In this document: one piece after another, positions 22,589 through 28,053 of the stretch | Position numbering within the stretch: position 1 is the first letter of the stretch | Layout of the letters: each line of letters begins with the position of its first letter | DNA from: Chiloscyllium plagiosum | Lineage: Eukaryota | Reading direction: 5' to 3' | Length of the DNA stretch: 28,053 nucleotides | Assembly: GCF_004010195.1 (NCBI RefSeq) | Contig: NC_057728.1 | Location: forward strand, 40,622,578 to 40,650,630 | The notes under the pieces: model-generated | The model's database searches: none | Told to the model about the DNA's origin: nothing | What the model saw: the letters and a program-made list of their open reading frames with translations, nothing else | Program-made: the position numbers and the translations under genes

Positions 22589-24590
22589 CGTGAACGGGAA
22601 GGAGGTAAGAGTAGGGAACAATGGATTAATAAAGATACTGAGGCTTGAGTCCAAGAATAAGGAGTCATATTTTAGGTATAGATAATTGGGATCAAGTAAA
22701 TCTCTTGAAGAGTATAACAGGTGCAGGAGCATTCTTAAGAGGGAAATCAGGAAGGCAAAAGGGGGATACGAGATAGTCTTGGCAGCCTACATTTAAGGAT
22801 AATTCAAAAAGATATTACAAGTACATTAACAGCAAAAGAGGATCTAGGGAGAGAAGAGTCTTAATACTTCATTGGAATGTTTATGTCTTTCTATCTCAAT
22901 CTTTTAGATTAGATTAGATTCCCTACAGTATGGAACTCTTAAAGATCAATGAGGTCGTCTTGGTGTGGTATCACAGGAAATGGGAGAGATGCTAAACAAA
23001 TATTTTGCATCAGTTTTTACTCTGGAGGAAGAAGTAGAAGCTAGGGAACTCATGGAAATAAATAGTGATGTCTTGAAAACAGTCCACACTACAGAAGAGA
23101 AGTGCTGGACGTCTTTAAAAACATAAAGGTGGACAAACTGATCAAGTCAGAGAAGAAATTGCAGGCCCCTACCAGAGATACTTTGCATCATCTACAGCCA
23201 CAAGTGAGGTGCCGGAGAATTGGAGGGTAGCTAATGTTAGCTCTTTATTTTAAAAAGGCTGTAAGGAGAAGCCTGGGAACTACAGACCTGTGAGTTTGAT
23301 ATCAGTGGTGGGTAAATTGTTGGAGGGGATTCTGAGAGATATAATTTTCATGCATTTGGAGAAGCAAGGACTGATTACGGATAGTCGGCATTGCTTTATG
23401 TGTGGGAAATCATGTCTCATAAATTTGATTGAATATTTTGAGGATATAACCAAAAAGATTGATGTGAGCAGAGCAGTGACGTTGTCTACATGAACTATTG
23501 TAAAGCCCTTAACAATGTTCTGCATGGTGGACTAATTAGTAAAGTTAGATCATGTGGGATTCAGGGAGAGCTTGCCAACTGATACAAAATTGGCTTTATG
23601 ATAAGAGATAGAGGGTGGTGGTGGAGGGCTTTTCTTTGACTGGAGGCCTGTGAACAGCAGTGTTCTACAAGGATTGGTGCTGGGTCCACTTTTGTTTGTC
23701 ATTTATATAAACAATTTGGATAAGAACTTAGGAGGCATGGTTTGTAAATTGATGACACTGAAATTGATGGTACAATTGGCAGTGAAGAAGTTTATCTAAG
23801 CTCACAGAGGAATCTTGATCAATTTGGCTGACGGGCTAAGGAGTGGCAGGTGGAGTTTATTTTGGATAAATGCATGATACTGCATTTTGGAAGAACAAAC
23901 AAGAGCAGGACTTAAACAATTAAAAGTAGGGCCTTGGATACTGTTTCAGAACAGAGACCCAGGATTCAAGTATATTAATGCTTTGAAAGTTGCATCACAA
24001 GTAGGGTGGTTAAGAAGGTGTTTAGCATGCTTGCCTTCAGTGCTCAAACAATTGAGTATAGGAGTTGGGATGTCATGCTGACGTTGTACTGGACATTGGT
24101 GAGGCCACTTTTGGAGTACTCTCTACAGTACTGGTCACCCTGCAATAGGAAAGATATTATTAAATTGGAGAGGGTTCCAAAAAGATTTACCAGGATGTTG
24201 CCAGGAATGGAGGGTTTGAGTTATAAGGAGAGGCTGGATAGATCGGGACTTCTTTCACCGGAATGTAGGAGCTTGAGGAGTAACCTTATAGATGTTTATA
24301 AAATCATGAGGGGCAGAGAAAAGTTGAATGGCAAAGGTCTTTTTCTTAGCGTGGGTGAGTTTAAACAACTAGGGGCATATTTTTAAGGTGACAGGAGAAA
24401 GATTTAAAAGGGTGCTGAGGGGCAATCTTTTCACACAGGTGGTTCATGTGTGGAATGAACTGCCAGAGGAAGTGGCTATTGCAGGTATAGTTACAACATT
24501 TAAAAGATATTTGGATAAGTACATGAACAGGAAAAGTTCAGAGGGATATAGGCCAAACGCAGGCAAATGGGACTACTTTAATTTGGGAAA
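22589..24590 (+). mobile_element. CR1 ORF2 (tether, RT, C-terminus), lacking the extreme 3' tail
   Basis: [68 protein letters not shown]. Frameshifted. Confidence 0.92.
22904..22936 (-). mobile_element. Tail fragment of an HE1-type SINE or its partner LINE, inserted in the CR1
   Basis: Reverse complement gttccatactgtagggaatctaatctaatctaa resembles the SINE end at 26241-26265. Confidence 0.7.
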
Positions 24591-24799
24591 TCCTTTGCTT
24601 CTGTGAAATCACGAATCATGTATTCACCGATCTGTGCCAAAAAAGAAGTAACAAGTCAACACTAGCAGCAAAAATCCATTATCCATGATTTTGAAACTAT
24701 TTTCAACATAATTTTAACCCATGAATTTCATTGTTTGCAGGGGTTCTCACGGATACAGGCAAATGACCGCAAATCAGACCAACATGAAAATAACGTGTA

Positions 24800-24872
24800 C
24801 AAAGGACAGAACCTTTTGGAAATATTCAGCAGGTTCCGGTAACATCTGTAGAGAGAGAAATAGAGTGAATGG
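24800..24872 (-). mobile_element. Decayed Penelope-like terminal repeat
   Basis: Approximate reverse complement of 17155-17220. Confidence 0.5.
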
Positions 24873-25191
24873 GTGGAATCTTGTGCAGGCGGAGCTAAAA
24901 GGAGGAAGTAATTTCACTTAAATGCATATAATTATGTTCTTCTCAGCCCATCACATATGCATGCAGGGTAAAACTCCATATTTTATTAGCATGTGGACAG
25001 TAAGTAATGATCCTCACCAGGATCTGAACTCCAACTTCTAGAAACTATATTGTGAGAACCCATACAAGGCCCATGGCGATCACTAATTAAAATCCTTGTG
25101 GAGGTCCTTGGGTATAAGTTCTCTTGATAACGAGCAATGGCCTACTCAGCTGGAACTCATCACCTGAGCCCTTAACAATGCAGACCTAGTA

Positions 25192-25557
25192 CCCTGTTCT
25201 GGTGCAAATGTAGTGTTCCCACCTATGGAACAAGCGACCCTGGTTCAAGTCCCACCTGCTCTGGAAGTGCAGCCCTGATCAGGATTGATTAGAAAAGATA
25301 GGTTAATAAAAGAAAAGCCTACCCAGAGCCCTCTTGTGGTGCAGTGATAGCCTCACTGCCTCTGATCCATGAGGCCTGGCTTCAAGTCCCACCTGTTCCT
25401 GAAGTGTGTAATGTCATCTCTGAGCAGGTTGATTAGAAAATATTATAAAGCAGACGTAGGTAGGGCCCTTATGGTGCAATGGTAGGCCTGGGTTCAAATC
25501 CTAACCTCTTCCAGAGGTACATCATAACATCTCTGAACAGGTTGTTTAGAAAATATT
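25192..25557 (+). repeat. Three diverged tandem copies of a short tRNA-like (SINE-head) unit
   Basis: Units at about 25192-25300, 25327-25444 and 25463-25557. Each has tggtgca, a g(g/c)ttcaa-tcc box and cagg-ttg-ttagaaaa. Confidence 0.75.
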
Positions 25558-25951
25558 ACAAAGCAAATCCAGGGATGGGGCTGCAGAACTGTTTGTCCCA
25601 GGTTGGGACTAGCCTATGTATGCCACAAGTATTGGCTGTATTTTGGTGTTCAACAATAAATGAGGTTATTTCCAGTCAGGTTTCCTGAGTTAATACACAT
25701 AAATAAAAGGTACCAGATAGCACTTCACCCATTGAAACCCAGGAGCATCATTCACCCTTTGATCATCACCGCCCATCCACTCTGGATATGCCAATGACCC
25801 ATCAAAAGGCAGGGCTACACTCTACGGATGGTTCTACCAAAGGATTTATGGCAGAAAAAAGAAATCATTTTTCAAAGGGATTGCAACAGGAAGCCATCTG
25901 ACTGACAGTGGCACCTAAACAAAAGTGGCTGTCGAAGGAAGTGGCCATAGT

Positions 25952-26265
25952 GGGCGGCACGGTGGCACAGTGGTTAGCACTGCTGCCTCACAGCACCAGA
26001 GACCCGGGTTCAATTCCCGCCTCAGGCGACTGACTGTGTGGAGTTTGCATATTCTCCCTGTGTCTGCGTGAGTTTGCTCCAGGTGCTCCAGTTTCCTCCC
26101 ACAGTCCAAAAATGTGCAGATTAGATGAATTGGCCATGCTAAATTGCCTGTAGTGTTAGGTGAAAGGGTAAATGTAGGAGAATAGGTCTGGGTGGGTCGC
26201 GCTTCGGCAGTCGGTGTAGACTTGTTGGGCCGAAGGGCCTGTTTCCACACTGTAACTAATCTAAT
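25952..26265 (+). mobile_element. Full-length HE1-type V-SINE
   Basis: tRNA head (ggtggcacagtgg, gggttcaattccc), V-domain (tgtgtggagtttgca..ttctcc...tgtctgcgtg...tttcctcccacagtccaaa), CR1-like tail and ctaat repeats. Confidence 0.9.
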
Positions 26266-26439
26266 ATCTGGCTCAAGTATTGCAAGGACTAATGGTCTCT
26301 TGTATTCCATCATTGACTGTACCACTCTCTACTCAGTGATTCATGCTCCTGTGAGTTAACATTGTACGATTACCAATACAGAGAACTATTGTGCACAAGA
26401 TTGTGTACTCGGCATCATCATCAGATTCCTATGTGCAAT

Positions 26440-26828
26440 CAATATGAACATACAAAATAGGTGCAGAAGTAGACCACCCATCATGCCTAATTCACCATTT
26501 GATAAAATCATTGCTGCTCTGTTTGTGCCTTGAATTCCACAATCCCATTTATGCCTAATAATCCTTGGTTTCCCTGCCAAACAACAAACTATCAACCTCT
26601 GTCTTAAAACTATTGAATGTTTCCATCTCCACTGCTTTTTGAGGCAGATTTCCAAAGTCATGCAACCAAGGCTGAGGGGAAAGAATTCTCCTCTTCTCTT
26701 TCAGAAAGGAAAAGTGACCCTTAACTTTAAAATGGTGGCCCCTGGTTCCAGACTTTGCCATAAGAGAAAACATCCTTTCCACATACACCTTGTCAAGACC
26801 AATCAGGATCTTATACACTTCTGCATAA
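26440..26828 (-). mobile_element. CR1 3' fragment
   Basis: Minus strand reads EVYKILIGLDKV..ERMF...TRGH.FKVKG, GNLPQKAVE, FKTEVD. Confidence 0.85.
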
Positions 26829-27204
26829 GGCCTCAGTGCAGCTACTAATGTCGGCACCACAGTGGTACTGCCTCTCACACATCTGCTGAGGTTCACACTT
26901 AAAACATCAAAGGAGCCACAACATCAGCAGCTCTTACACCATCAGCTACAAGAACATGCACATCTGATAGTTTTCCACCCAAGGTTTGCATGGGCCCAGA
27001 GCATAACCACAAAACGATAGTTTGGGATAAGCACCTCACAGGTACTTCAGACACTCACATCATATAATGTTTTACATTTTTTTTCCATCAACTTTAGCTT
27101 ATCAACAACACCAAATCACCTTTTATTCAGAAACTTCTAACACCTAACCTCCCCCATACCACATCCTTCTTTCTAGTTCAGTGATTCAGCTCTCACTAAG
27201 TCGA

Positions 27205-27550
27205 TGGTTCAATGAAGAGTACAGGAGGTCATGCCGGGAGGAGCACCAGGTATACATGAAAGTGAGGTAGCTACCTGGTGACACTACAAACAGGACTATT
27301 TGCATGTTAATCAGTGGAACCAGAGTGCAATAAGAAGAACTAAGCAATTTCACACCAATGGATCAAATCCAAGCTCCATGGTGCTGTCGCATTCAATTGT
27401 GAATGATGGTGGGCAATTAAGTAACTAACAGGGGATGAAGGAATGACAAATATCTCCATCTTCAGTGACAAGGAAGCCTTGCACATCAATGCAAGACGTA
27501 AGGCCCCTGCCTGAGGTCCCCAGCCTCAGAGGTGTCAGTCTTCAACCAAA
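27205..27550 (+). mobile_element. Decayed LINE ORF2 tether fragment (CR1-like)
   Basis: WFNEEYRR, WWAIK.LTG, TNISIF, HINA and PEVPSL..SLQP are typical of the region between endonuclease and RT. Confidence 0.55.
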
Positions 27551-27554
27551 GCAA

Positions 27555-28053
27555 CACACTGACCGGGGTTTTTGTGGCAGCAGACGGGATTTAAAGAAGA
27601 TGTGTTGCTTTCCTGGTGCTAGAGTGAAAGACATCGCGGACAGAGTGCAGGAAATCCTGAAGGATGAGGGTGAAGAGCCAGAGGTGGTGGTACATGTCGG
27701 CACAAATGATGTCGGGAAGAAGAGGAGGAACATACTACGGCGAGACTTCAGAGAACTAGGAAGAAGGCTCCGGTTTGCTTCCAGTTCCTCGGGCTAGTGT
27801 GGCCAGAAACAGGGAGATAATGGACTTGAACATCTGGTTGGGGAACTGGTGCAGGAAGCAAGGATTTAAGTTCTTGGATCACTCGGGTATATTTTGTGGT
27901 AAACATAAATTCTACAAGAGAGACAGCTTGCACCTTAATAGGTTAGGGACCAGTATTCTGGCAGGCAGGTTTTCTACTGCAACACCGCTACATTTAAACT
28001 AAGTAGCGGGGCAGAGGGGGTGGGGTGGCCTTGTTGGTAAGGGACGATATTCA
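27555..28053 (+). mobile_element. CR1 LINE ORF1 with an SGNH esterase-like domain, broken; the element continues past the window
   Basis: CCFPGARVKD, VVVHVGTND, SGLLPVPRA, WL..WCRKQGF.FLDH, D.LHLN..G..ILA. Stop at 28000-28002. A deletion shifts the frame near 27768. Confidence 0.88.

Noticed and set aside
25192..25557. CRISPR-like repeat-spacer array
   Set aside because: The units are long, diverged and tRNA-like, in vertebrate DNA with no cas genes.
25915..26325. 136-aa minus-strand ORF
   Set aside because: It is the antisense reading of the HE1-type SINE.
27465..28002. Possible host GDSL/SGNH esterase gene
   Set aside because: The motifs are those of CR1 ORF1. It lacks the N-terminal GDS block, is frameshifted, and is fused to other LINE debris.

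Overview
Eukaryotic, AT-rich, repeat-dense DNA. The repeat families (HE1-type V-SINE, several CR1 LINE families, Penelope-like elements) point to a cartilaginous fish, probably a shark (inference). The only host gene I can support is the 5' end of DYRK2 on the minus strand: coding exon 1 (6355-6397, MLTRKPCSTAAYPT-G) and exon 2 (5550-5689, GRAADS...PPSPLGLPPLKSHT), inside a CpG-rich promoter region. The kinase exon should lie left of the window. About 21 kb to the right is upstream intergenic DNA filled with decayed retroelements. Most listed ORFs are LINE debris or chance. The points most worth checking: minimal hammerhead-ribozyme motifs in Penelope-like repeats, one in an inverted-repeat cassette with a 14-bp target-site duplication; a DYRK2 uORF that an 89-nt candidate intron would fuse in frame to the main ORF; a (TG)11 acceptor in front of exon 2; and several rearranged CR1 copies. 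I find no convincing new multi-gene system.
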